Source: Selaginella moellendorffii (taxonomy: Eukaryota > Plantae > Lycopodiophyta). Taken from it: a stretch of 64,000 bases of DNA. The translations under genes were made by a program, and so were the position numbers. Below, piece after piece: positions 11,217 through 22,839 of the stretch (positions are counted from its first letter, which is position 1; the number at the start of each line of letters is the position of its first letter). The notes under the pieces are model-generated. The model made no database searches. It had not been told where the DNA came from and saw only the letters and a list, made by a program, of their open reading frames with translations. Where the stretch lies: positions 2,425,544-2,489,543 of the forward strand of contig NW_003314269.1 in NCBI RefSeq assembly GCF_000143415.4, in the 5' to 3' direction.

Positions 11217-12419
11217 TTAGCTGGGAGGATCGAACGACACCTCCCACGGCATCAAATCGTCCATGGCCGCTGGCTGCTGCTGGCACTGCTGCTGCTGCTG
11301 CCAAATCTGGCTCGTGTTCCTGTCATAGTCCTCTCCCTCCACAATCCGCATGAGTTCCTCCGGATCGATGAGCTCCTGGAAGTCCTCGCACTCGCTGAAA
11401 CCCAAGTCGTCCATGATCGCCAGCCCCTGCGACTGCTGCTGCTGCTGGGACGACGACGAGGAATCCTCCTGCTTCATCTCCCCTGGCTCCTCTTTCACCC
11501 TCACGCCCTGCTCCACCGACGACGAATCATACGAGGATGGCGACTGCATCGACTGGAACGACGTGGAGATGCTGCTCTCGCCATCGTCCTCCTCCATCTT
11601 GACACCCGGGTCACAATCCTCCTCCTCCTCCTCCTCCTTGATCGCCATCTTCTTCCTGGACGACGTCTGCCGCGATGAATCCAAGTTGATCGCTTGCGAT
11701 CGCTGGCCGCCGGCGCTCCCAGAGACTGGGAGATTGAGGCGCGCGCACGATCCATAGAGCACCCGCGCTGCATCGTCGTAGGCCATCGCCGCTTCCTCGG
11801 CAGTGGCGTAGGTCCCCAGCCACAGCCGCGATCCTCGATTGGGCTCTCGAATCTCCGCGACCCATTTCCCCCACGTCCTCTGGCGCACGCCCCGGTAGTG
11901 GCACAGGGGATTCTCCGGCCCGCCCTTGCCCTTCATGCATCCCTTCTTGGAACCCTTGGCCGGCGCCTTCTTGATCGATGATCCTGCTGGAGAGCACGCC
12001 CAGGATGCTAGCGCGTCGGCGGCCGCGCCGTTCTGGATGGAATGCATCATCCCAGTGGAGTTCTTGCGGCGGCTGCGCGTGAATTTCGCCCGGCTAGACG
12101 GGGAGTCCGATTCACCCCCAGACATTGGAGGGAGCGAGGATGAAACCCTGGAAAGAATCATCGGAGCTGACTCCTGGAGGGCGCGCTTCCGCTTGATCCC
12201 TGCCCGCCGCCGCTGCTGCTGCTCCTCCAGGCGATCGCCAATTTCATGAGATATCTGGAGAGGGAAGCCGAAATGTGAGTGCTTCCCTAGCTTGCGCTCA
12301 AAGCAATCTCGAGAGGAATCGAAAGAAAGAAGAGCGGAGGAGGAGCGCGGAGAGATTCTTACCAAGAGATTGCTGGGAGGGGAAGCAATCTTCTTCCTGG
12401 CCGCGCCGTTCACAGTCAT
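11217..12419 (-). CDS. DREB2: DREB2-type AP2/ERF transcription factor
   Basis: [20 protein letters not shown] motif followed by the AP2 domain [29 protein letters not shown], then an acidic C-terminus. Probable intron at 12255-12362. Confidence 0.93.
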   Translation of the reverse strand: MTVNGAARKKIASPPSNLLVRISPRSSSALLSFDSSRDCFERKLGKHSHFGFPLQISHEIGDRLEEQQQRRRAGIKRKRALQESAPMILSRVSSSLPPMSGGESDSPSSRAKFTRSRRKNSTGMMHSIQNGAAADALASWACSPAGSSIKKAPAKGSKKGCMKGKGGPENPLCHYRGVRQRTWGKWVAEIREPNRGSRLWLGTYATAEEAAMAYDDAARVLYGSCARLNLPVSGSAGGQRSQAINLDSSRQTSSRKKMAIKEEEEEEDCDPGVKMEEDDGESSISTSFQSMQSPSSYDSSSVEQGVRVKEEPGEMKQEDSSSSSQQQQQSQGLAIMDDLGFSECEDFQELIDPEELMRIVEGEDYDRNTSQIWQQQQQCQQQPAAMDDLMPWEVSFDPPS

Positions 12420-12498
12420 GCAATCGCGTTTTTTCAAATCGGATCGATGGGAAGAGCTCGAGAAGAAACCCTATCGCGGATTATATCCCCCACCGATT

Positions 12499-12908
12499 GG
12501 AAGCTTCGCCGCTGCTGCCCTAGAAAGCTTCTAGAAATCCAAGCTAGCAGCTCCAAATCCAATTGCCTCTTGCTTCTTCTCTTTTCTTGTGATCCTTTCC
12601 TAGCGCATTTAAAGATGCCACACGGAACCCTAATTTATACCGTGCTAATCCAACGCCCCAAAAAGCGCGGTGTTATTTGGAAGAATCTTCGCCGTGGATG
12701 CACCGGCGATGGGATACCTTTTCCGGCTAACGGGCAGACGTGGCTGGGTGCTGCCCGGACACGAAAGCATCCACGTGGACAGTTGTGCGGGCCAGAAAGA
12801 GACACGTAGTGAGAGAGGGTAATATCTGCCACGTGGGCGTATCGCGGACGCCGGAAGATTCTGGAGAGACGCGGTTACTTGTGGCACAAGAAACCACCAA
12901 AACGTGTC
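12499..12908 (-). promoter_or_regulatory. ABRE/G-box cluster and heat-shock-element-like sites upstream of DREB2
   Basis: ACGTGGC 12738, CACGTG 12772, GACACGT 12801, GCCACGTG 12828, ACGTGTC 12902. HSE-like GAAgaTTCtgGAG 12854-12866 and AAAgcTTCtaGAA ~12524-12536. Confidence 0.7.
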
Positions 12909-13009
12909 TTAGTTAATCTAACATCGATTAATATAACGCTCATTAATTTCAACTTAATGCTTATTATATACAACAAAAAAACTCTTGCTTGGATCAATCA
13001 ATGGGACCA

Positions 13010-15683
13010 TTAAGACCCAATCTTCCATCGTCTACCAATCTTCGTGAGCGTGACGCCTTTGAGACGTAAGCTTGGCGAGATGGTCCTCAGGTTCTTCTTG
13101 CAAATCTTTCGCGAGAGCCCTGAAACTCCAAGCCTCTGGGAGATCTTGTCGCCATCTCCGGGATTCTTCTTGTCGTCCTTGTTCCCAGCATCAGGCTTCC
13201 CGTGGCTAGCTTCCAATCTCTCGGGAGATTTCACGCCATCTTCCAGGCGATCTTCGTTTGCCGCCGCCGTGTCTTGCTGCTCGACGTCTCGATCGAGTGC
13301 TTCGTGAGGAGACGCATTCTTCTCAGCTACATCAATGCAACGCGAGTTACTTAGTTTGGATGAACAACTACTACTCATACCAGCGATTTTCGATCTGAGT
13401 TCTTCCACTGCCGCGATGAGATGCGTCACTGTGCCAGACAGCGTGCTCACCTCGTCCGAAACTTTGTTCATCTCGCTCCTCAGTTCCTGGAGATCCATTG
13501 TCACGCAAGTTCAAAGAAAGTGCCAAACTAGTCACTTACCGGCAAGCTGCCCTCCAACTTAGCTACATGGCGGCGTTGAAGTTTCCTGCAGTGCAAAAAA
13601 CCTTAGCTTGACACACGGAGAAGTTTGGGAGACTTACCGCGCGGATTTATAAAGTTTGAGAGCTAAGAAGAGTTCGTCAGCACGCTTCTTCTCTGAAGCA
13701 GCTTTCTCCTTCTCCTTCTTGCAACGAGCAAGCAGAGCCTTTAACAATCTGGAGGTGAGAAAGTGCGCTGCCAAGGAAAAACAATGCTTGTACCTTGCAT
13801 TGCCGCTTGATAGCACCCAAGTGTGCGTCATGGCATGCCGTTCGTACCGTCCTCGCGTGGGAATACGAGCTGCAAATGCCAAGAATGAGAGAAACGTAAA
13901 AGCTAGACTCAAGCTCACAAACCGGACAATGCTCTTCAAGGCACCAGCAGGATCACGTTGACGCACAAACCGTCTCTTCATCTTGGCAGGATCACGTCGA
14001 CGCGAGCTGTCAAATGCAGTTTCAGGTGCTGCCATCGCTATGTCGTCCGGCTGTTCAGGTTCAATGGGAGTAGCACGCTCAGATGGCACTTCAGCTTCCA
14101 TCGAAGTATGAAGGTCAGGTTCCTCTTGTACGGAAGCACGCATTTCCTCTTCCATGGTAGTAGAGTTTCCAGGATTCTCCGCAGTCGTGTTTTCAGGTTT
14201 CTCTGGCTCAAGCTCCTCCATCGTAGACTTCTCTTCAGCGTTTTCAGAAACTGGCAGCTCGTCTTCTTCTTCCCGTTGTGGCAGCGCAGTTTCTTCAGCT
14301 GGCACCTCAAGGTCCTTCTGCTCTAAAGAAGAGTTGTCAAGTTGCTCTGAAGCTGGCAGCTCCTCCTTCTCTGGAACCAGTTCCGAGCCAGCAGTCTGTG
14401 AGGCCAGTTCTGTCTGCGAGGGAAGCTCGTCCAGCGTCTCGGGTTTGCTGTTCAAATCCAAATCCTTCACAGCGTCCGTTGAGGCAGGCATCTCGACTTC
14501 TCTTGGAAGAAGCTCACTGCCCTCCATTTGATTCGGGACAAGCTGAGGTTCCACAACAGGTGCTATAGAGTCCACTTCCACTGAAACAAGGAACTCCTTT
14601 TCTTTCGAAGGTGATAACTCGTTCTCGCTTGCGTCCTTTGCGGCCACCTCGGCCTCAGTATCCATTGGAGCACTCATCTCCACCATGTCCACCTCCACAA
14701 GCTCAGCGGACTCGACTACTTCACGATCTTTTCCCTTCTCATCTGGATTTGTTTCCTGTTGCTCTACCGTCGTGATCACAGCTTCGCCAAGCTCGGCAGC
14801 AACGTTCTCCACGCACAGCACCTTCACGTGGCCGGACTCGGCAGTAACTTCTTGAGTCTCGCACATACTGGAATCAAACTCGACCACCTTCCTGAGAGCC
14901 GAGAGCTTAAAGTCGGCCTCGCCACCATTGCCATCATTCTCGTGATCCGTCACCACCACCCTGTACTCCACAAGATTTGAGTCTCCATTGCTTCTCTTCT
15001 CGTCCTCTGCAGGGATCGGAGCCACAGCAACGCTCGGAAAAGACATCCTGCTCTTTTTCTTGGCGACCTTTTCGCTCCTCGGCGAGGATTTGGCAGCGGA
15101 GCCTATCACCTTTTGTCCCTGCGTGGCCGCGACGTCCTTGAGCGTCGACCAGCTTTTCCTCTTCCTCTTCTTCGCGGTAGAAGTTTGCTGATCCGGGGTA
15201 GCGGGGTTGGAGGTCGGCTTGGATTTCTTGAGTGTGTTGTGGTGACCGCAGTAGCTGCAAATCCGGAAACCAGCTTTTTTGGCGGCGGAGAGCTCGTCAC
15301 TGCTGGCGATGATCGTCTCACACCTGTATCAAAAGGTTGGATTAAAGTAGACACAGCCTGCAAGCACGAAGATCAGCCAGCATGCAAGGAAAAAAGAACA
15401 ACTGCAAGATCGAAGAAGAAAACCACACTGGAAAATCCTTTCCATGATCCAGGCAAGAGGGAAAGAGGGCGTACCTTTGGCACTGGACCTGGTTCTTGAT
15501 CGAAGCGCCCGTTTTCTCGCACGACGCTGCCAATCGATGGCCCCAGAGAGCGCCGAGAGGAGGAACCGCGGCCGACGCCCACTTTGCGATGCGGCTGAGG
15601 AAATCCGCCTTGAGCGATTGCGCTGTGCTCGCCGCGCCCGCGATCGCGCTGCTGGATTTAGGATTGGCGGATCGCCGCATCAT
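13010..15683 (-). CDS. Rpp21/Rpr2/SNM1-like zinc-ribbon protein with a long Glu-rich region and C-terminal coiled coil
   Basis: Exon 15475-15683 splices to 15323, giving LWGHRLAA...QCQRCETII...ICSYCGHHN...KRKRKSWSTLKDVA. This continues in frame into ORF 13634-15109. The last exon (ORF 13010-13504) is coiled-coil-like. Confidence 0.68.
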
Positions 15684-15754
15684 AAATCCATGAAGAACCC
15701 TAAACCCCTGAAGAAGAGAAGAAAAAAAAAAAAAATAGGGCAAGGGTTTTAGCG

Positions 15755-18038
15755 ATGGAGAGTGGAGGAGGAGCCCGGCGAGGGCGGACGGTGATCGATC
15801 CCAAGGTCCGGCAGGTTGGATTCGTGACGCCGGGCGAGCAGGACGGCCCCGCGGGGGTGTCGTCGTCGTCGGCGCAGGTAAATGCCCCGGATTCGCCAGC
15901 GCCGGTGATGATCCCGCCCGCGCCTCGCGTAGCAGTGCCGGCGGCGGCAGATCATTCTCCTCCAAAGCCCGCGGCTCCCGTGCCAATCCCGCCGCGCTCT
16001 CCGCCCCTGCCGCCCCGTAATTTCGATGCCGAGGATGAAATGCCACTGGGGAGTTATAACCCCGGTGGAGAGGGAGTTCTTGCGGGGAGCCCGAATAGCT
16101 CGTATGGGAAGGCTAGCAGCGAGAAGGCCGAGATTGGAGACCTCTCTCCCACGATGGTGGCAGAGTTGAATAGCAGCATGATGGAGATGAGTCTCGAGAG
16201 AAGCAAGTATGAGCTTCCAGTGCCGGAGAAGGAGAATGAGAGCACAGCCGACGTTATCAGTGAGCGAGTGGAAGTTCCAGCGATCAATAACAACGAAGGT
16301 AGCCTTTCTCTCGAGGAACTTTTGGGATGATCGAAAGTGTTTTCCAGGACCAGAGAACGATGCACGGCAAAGGAAACTCAAGGATCGGACGTCCAAGGCG
16401 GAGAGGCGGGCTTTGCAAGAGTCTCAGCGAGCAGCGAAAGAAGCGGCCAGAGCTTCTGGTAATCAGACCTTCTTCATGCCTGGTATGTGGGAAGCTGGGA
16501 CTAACCCGTGTTTAGCACAGCGGCCGTAGCAAAGGCCAAGGCACCACCGCAGAAGAAAGATGGCAGCAACGAAAAGAAAGGAGTTGACAAGAAGCCCGTG
16601 GACAAGAGAGGCGAGAAGGACAAGAAGAAGGAAGTAGTCGTTCCGGAGAAGGACAAAAGGAAGGATGCCCCGGCTCCGAGGCTGCAGTTCGACGACGAGC
16701 AAAAAGTGGCGAAAGCGAGGCGACGGGCAATTGTGGAACAAACCACCGAGACCAAGCATCGAGTAGAGCTCTTCCGGCATCTTCCACAGTTTGTGCCGGC
16801 TACACAGCTCCAAGCGCTGGAAGAGAAGTACCTCCAGAATGATACGATGCATATACACCCGGCTGTGTATCAGGCAAGCTTTCTTTCTTCTTTTCCTTCG
16901 TCGGCTAAAACGCAAAGCTTTGCAGGTTGGACTGAAGTACTTGACGTGGGACATCGTCGGCGGAAATGCGAGGTGTGTTGCGATGCTGGAGGCCTTCAAG
17001 GAGATGATCCGAGACTACACAACGCCGCCTCAAAAGGTCATGTCTCGAGATCTCACAGCCAAGATCAACAGCCACGTATCGTTTCTCAGTACATGCCGGC
17101 CGCTCTCGATTAGCATGGGAAACGCGATACGATCGTTCAAGTTGAAGATCGGGAAGCTGCGGGATACGCTCACAGAGGCGGAGGCAAAGTCGAGCCTCGT
17201 CTCTCACCTGGAGACGTTTGCTCAGGAGAAGATCATTCTGGCCGACAAGGAGATAGTGAAGCACGCAGTAACGAAGATCATCGACGGGGACGTGGTTCTC
17301 ACGCACGGCTTCTCGTGCGTCGTCGAGATGGTTCTCTCTCACGCGCACAGCATTGGGAAGAAGTTCCGGGTGGTGGTCATGGATTCCAGGCCCAGGCTCG
17401 AGGGACGAATTCTTCTTCGCAGCCTTCTGGCCCAGGGGGTGCAGTGCACGTACACGCACATCAACGCGGTCACCTACATCATGCAAGAGGTGACGAAGGT
17501 TTTCCTTGGAGCTGCTTCGATTCTAGCGAACGGCACTGTTTACTCGAGAGTCGGCACTGCTGCGGCCGCAATGGTCGCTCATGGTTACCGGGTACCCGTC
17601 ATGATCTGCTGCGAGACGTACAAGTTCCACGAGAGAGTCCAGCTCGACTCCATTTGCTCCAACGAGCTCGGTAGGCTTTGTTTGGTTTGGGTCTGAGCTC
17701 AGTTCTTCCTTCCAGGCGATCCAGATGCTCTCGTTGGAGTTGCCGGGAGGAAGGAATTTCGCGAGCTTGTTGGCTGGGACGGGAGCGAGCATCTCCGGTT
17801 GCTGAATCTAACGTGAGTGTGCAAATGAGATTCCTTTCTTCCTTTCTTCATATTGCGTTACTTCCAGGTATGACGCGACTCCTGCCGACTACGTCTCGAT
17901 GATCATCACCGAGCACGGGATGGTGAGTTGCATCATTGAAAACAGAAGTTTGAGTGACTGAGTTTTCCGGTTGTGCAGGTTCCACCGACGAGCGTCCCTG
18001 TCATTCTCAGGGAGTATAGAAAAGAGCCGATCCTGTAA
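15755..18038 (+). CDS. EIF2B4: Translation initiation factor eIF2B delta subunit
   Basis: TSKAERRALQESQRAAK, RVELFRHLPQ, HPAVYQ/VGLKYL, GGNARCVAML, CRPLSISMGNAIR, VFLGAASILANGTVYSRVGTA, CETYKFHERVQLDSICSNELG, VPPTSVPVILREY. Confidence 0.95.
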
Positions 18039-18099
18039 GAAAAAAGCGAAGAAGAAAAGTGGAGCATATGGTCGATTTTGTCGAACGAGAATAAGCTAC

Positions 18100-19753
18100 C
18101 TAGAGGTGAATTGTTGGTGGTGCTGCTACTGCGGCCCCAGACTGTGCTCTCTGTGACTCAATTTTGAATCGAGTTTTGAGCTCCTTTTTGGCCATCCTCG
18201 CAGCTCGTCGTTCTTCTTTCACAGCGCTCTGCCAAAAACAAAGCAGCAACTGAGAACTAAGTTCCAAAGAAAATATCAAACTCACCTTTCGAGCTTTGTG
18301 TTCCTCTTTGCTCTCTCCCTTTTGTCGCAGCGGAGCGGTTTTCTTGTGTGGCTCCGACTCTTTCTTCCGCTCGCTCGACACTTCGCTCGTCTTTGGCGTC
18401 ACGAAATCCAGTGGCAACTTTTGCTTGCCGCCAATGCGAATCACTTGCTGCTGCGCCTGGCGAATCGAGGAGAAGTCGACCCGTTTGCCGACTGGAGCAC
18501 CGATCCTCGATGGATGGTTGTCGAGGTTCGACAGTGTAGACACGATCGTCTCACAGTCCCATTTCGCCTTTTTGTCATCGTCGCTTTCGGCAACCCAGAC
18601 TGTTTCCAGCTCTTCCTCTGCAGACTCACTGCTTTTTCCAAACTCCTCATACTCTTGCACCACTAACTCTAACTTTGCTGGCACTTCTTCCAGTCTCTCT
18701 TGCTTCACTGTCCGTTGAACTGGCTTGCTCGCGAAACTCGGATTTTCCGCAAGAAACTCGTCAAAGATCGACGTGAATTCAGAAATGTGGGCCTGGCCTC
18801 TGGCTCGCGGATCGTCGTCCCCGAAGTCCGCAACATCACAGTCGTATTCTTTCGAGGTGAGCTACAAAAGAAACGATAGTCAGTCACGATCTCGATAAAA
18901 GTTGCGGCAAGAGATTTACCACTTCAAACTGCTCGTCGAGAATCCCATTCGCTCGCTCGTTGGTGATGGCCATCGCTGCGAAAGACCGGACTTCTTCCTC
19001 TTCCTCTTCTTCGAACCTTTTCACGGGTGGCAAATCCTTCCTGTTGGAAGTTTCGGCTTTGGCTTCTTCCTCCACCCCCTCGTTTGCAATGAGGATAAAA
19101 TCGTCTTCCAAACCATCGGACTCGTCCCCATCATCGTCTGAGAAATCACTCTCCTCGAGAACAGCAGCAACTTCGGGATCCAAGCCTCCCACCTTGACAA
19201 ACGCACTTCGAATCGGCCTGAGATTGGTCGTGTTACTGGCAGATTCGTCCGCAACCGCTTCCTTGACAGGAACTTTGGAAGCATCATAAGCCTGAAGAAC
19301 AAAACTCTATTGGATTGCAAGCGAAGGAAGAAGAAAAAATCATACCTTAAAATCGGCTGGAAGAACATTACTCGTCTCACTGGTCGTAGGAACAAAGACG
19401 CTACCGCCTCCAGCACCAATGCTCCTCATATGTTTCATGTAATTGTAGCCATCGTCTGGAAATCCCATCTCCACGAGCTCTCTCCTTACATGCTCCGGCA
19501 ATCCCTGCGGAGTAATCTCCATCTTCGCCACTGCCGCCTCCAATTCCCCTTCTTCCTCTTCCTCCTCAGCATCAGCAAACCTGGAATCATCGTCGTCGTC
19601 TTGCTCGAAACCTGGCAACCGGATCGCGGCATTGCCGTCCACTCGCGTGTACACTCGCTCACCCCCAATCTCCTCGCCATCGCCAGATTCCCGGTAGAGC
19701 AGCGCGAATGTGGCGGATTTCTTCTTGTCGATGAATTTCTTCTTCCTGCCCAT
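18100..19753 (-). CDS. LTV1: LTV1 40S ribosome biogenesis factor
   Basis: MGRKKKFIDKKKSATFAL, GFPDDGYNYMKHMR, LDPEVAAVLE...LEDDFILIAN, WDCETIVSTLSNLDNHP and C-terminal KSAVKEERRAARMAKKELK. Confidence 0.92.
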
Positions 19754-19803
19754 CCCTCCTCGCCGCAAGCCCTAAACCTCCGTTCTACCCTAAACTAGGG
19801 CTT

Positions 19804-19813
19804 GCCACGTGGC
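19804..19813. promoter_or_regulatory. Perfect palindromic G-box GCCACGTGGC in the LTV1/PPI divergent promoter
   Basis: Exact sequence. A second CACGTG lies at ~19837, a site-II-like AGCCCA at ~19960, and telobox-like CCCTAAA motifs at 19770-19795. Confidence 0.55.
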
Positions 19814-20220
19814 GTAGTATTGACTTTCATATTTTTCACGTGGGACTCTGCGATGACCGTTGGATTTTTCCTGCATCGGACGGACGGGATTCTCTGCCCT
19901 AAACTTGGCCGATCGGACGGGCCACGTTTATCCCCTTTGGCGTTAAAATTGGTGTTAAAAGCCCATTTGGTCAAGGGAAGGTTTTAGGCTTTTTTGGGTG
20001 AACAGTTCGCGAGTGCCGCGTTCTGGATCCAATCTTGGGGAAAATTTTTGGTAAGTGATTTCGTCTTCCTCGTAGCTCGAATCCCGAGCGCTAGCTGCGC
20101 CACAGCAGATTTTCGCAGATCTAAGGAAGATTTCGCAAGAAAGGGAGAGAATCTCGGTGGCCTTCACCCTTTCGGATGCTCTAGGGACCTAAGATCAAGA
20201 TTTGGATCTCTTTCTCGGCC

Positions 20221-22612
20221 ATGGGAGCAGTGTCGGAGGCGATCGCGGCGGACACCGCCGAGAAATTGCATGCCGTGGCGGCGGCCGATATCGAGGAGGA
20301 GAATCACCAGGCGGTGGAAGACGAAGCACCCTCCTCGGTCGATGACGCTGCCGATGGGATCGAGGATCACGCGGAGAGTGGGATTCTCGAGGAGGAAGCT
20401 GTGCAGCGCGACAATGACGAGAATATAGCGAAGGCTCCGATTGTGGGCGGGGCTACTCCCAGCGAGGCGAGCTCGGAATGGCCGGAGCAAGGATTTGCTT
20501 CCTGTGATCCGCCCGGGGGAGTGGCCGCGGTAGCTCCGACGACAAAATCGGTGTTCACGTATTACCTCGTGAGAATTCCGAAACGAGGGGACAATCTAGT
20601 GGATTTTAGGACGACGACGGACGCACAAGTTAAGGATAAGATTGAGAAGAAAAATTCTCTTATCGCAAAGCTCCAGCAAAAGAGAGTAAGTTCTTCACTC
20701 CCTAGTTCCAAAGAGAGAAAAGGAAGAACAACTCTCACTGTTTTCTTTCTTTGTTTGCAGGCGGAGAAACAGGAACTGCTTGACAAGCTTGTCGAGCCTC
20801 GAAATTATTTTAGGGAGTGCCGAGGCGAGCTCCAGGAGAAAATAGAAGAGAGCAAACCTGTGGCCGCGGAGCTTAAGAAAATCAATGAGTTGCCTTATGC
20901 GGGTATGTCTAATGTTTGTAGATCGGAGGAAGATCTCGATGCAAAGGTGAAGCTCCCACTATGCTTGTGGATAGTTTACTGACCAATTGCTAATGAGTTT
21001 CAGCTTGCGGGCTTAGAGCATGACTTACAGCAGCTTGATCGTCCGTTAACTTTACGAGAAGAGAAACAGATTATTCGCGAGATTCAGGCTCTTAAAGCCA
21101 CTCGCGAGCAGGTAATTATCAATGCAAGCTTTCGTGCTTCCAAACAGGATGCCAAGCAAGGCTATCAAACGCGACTCAAGGTAATGCTTTTCTTGTAACT
21201 TATGTCCAGGCTAACAGGATTTTGAATTGTGGCGTAGTCACTGAACGAGGAGATTGAAGAATTGTCAAAGAAAAAGAACCTGGCGTGGTCCAAAGTAAAA
21301 CCGTTGGAAGACAGGGTTTCGGCCCTTACGGAGGAGATTAAGATTCTTTCGTCTCAGAGGAAGGCGCTTGATGAAATTATTGACGAAGTCTTCAACGAGC
21401 GTAGAAGTTTGTCAGCGCAAGAGTATGCTAAGGTGCGGCTGTTGGATAAAGCAGTGTTGATTTCAAGGCTAAACGGTGTTGTTGTCCATGCAGAACAACG
21501 ATTTCCACCAAAACAGGCGGGATATCAACACGGCCAAGCAGCTTGCGTACGCCAAAGATATAGGGGCCTTGAAAGAATATTGCTCCGCCCAGGTCTGGTG
21601 AAGTTGAAGTGTCATTTGTTTTTGACATTTTTCACCAGGTGGAGCGCGTGATGGAACTTTGGAACAACGATACCTCCTTCCGGTCGGAGTATATGAAGAA
21701 CAATCTCCGGAGTACAATCAGGCGCTTGGCAACCCCGGACGGCAGGTCGCTAGGACCTAACGAACAACCGTATGAGCTCCCGAAAGATGAACCTCCTGTT
21801 GCTGCGCCGGCACCTGTAGTAGAAGAGAAGGAAGCGCCGAAGCCAACACTTGAAGTCAAGGCTGAGCCATCGAAGACTGCTGCGAAAACGAAGCAGAAGT
21901 CCGATGCCAAGGAAGCCAAGGAAGCTGGAACCAAAGCCAAGCCTGTCTCCGAGGAGAGCGAGAATGTCGTGGAAGCCGAGGATGAGGTGGAGGCGGAGCG
22001 AGCCGCAATCTCGGAGCTGGCGAAACAGCTCGAGCGAAGGGAGGTGGAGATTCAAAAGGCGAAGGAAGCCGAGGCCAGGAAGAAGAGGCAAGCTGAGAAG
22101 AAGCAAGCCAAGGCCCAGGCCCGGATCGAGAAGGAACTCCAACGCAGGGAAAAGGTTCGTCAAGTCTCTCTCCCCACTCTTGTCTGACTTCAAGCTCTCC
22201 TCCATTGCAGGAAAGGGAGAAGAGACTCCGGAAGAAAACTTCCGCCACAGACGAAGCCGGAGAAGGCGCCGATTCGCCCTCCGAGCAGGAAAAGGAAAAC
22301 TTAGAACCGGCCGTGGCTGCCGAGAACGGCGAGAAGCCATCGCCCGAGGAGAAGAAGCCATCGAGCGTGACACGCCGCGGGAAGAAACCGGCCAAGAACA
22401 CCCCCGTGAAGCTCCAGCTGAGGAAGAAGCGCTCGCTCCAGCGACAGCTCTTGGATCACTGGCAGATCATAGCGGCCATTGGAGTGGCGCTCCTTGTTGT
22501 TCTAGGCGCTACCATGGTGAGAGAGCTCTCTTTTTTTCTTTTCTCTATCACAGTTGTGATCGATCGTCTCCATTGTCTTTGCAGGTCTTTGTTCGTGCTG
22601 CTTATTAGCTAG
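20221..22612 (+). CDS. PPI1: Proton pump-interactor (PPI1-like) coiled-coil, tail-anchored protein
   Basis: YYLVRIPK; coiled coils; VERVMELWNNDTSFRSEY...STIRRLATPDGRSLGPNEQP; KAKEAEARKKRQAEKKQAKAQAR; hydrophobic C-terminus. Confidence 0.85.
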
Positions 22613-22839
22613 TTTTGCGGGAAGAAAATTTTTGAAAATAAAAGAAGTTTGCTTGTCAATTGATAAACTAAGCTAGTAGTGAGTGTCGCTGTAAAAGTCA
22701 AAGCCACCTGACTATATTTTACCCTGTGGTCAACCCCATCGCTGGATTTTTTGTTTTTCTTTTTTTATACGAGTATAAAAGGAGGGATAGGGAAGATAGA
22801 TATGGCGTTGGCGCTCGATCTCTTCTCCTCGTGTGACCG

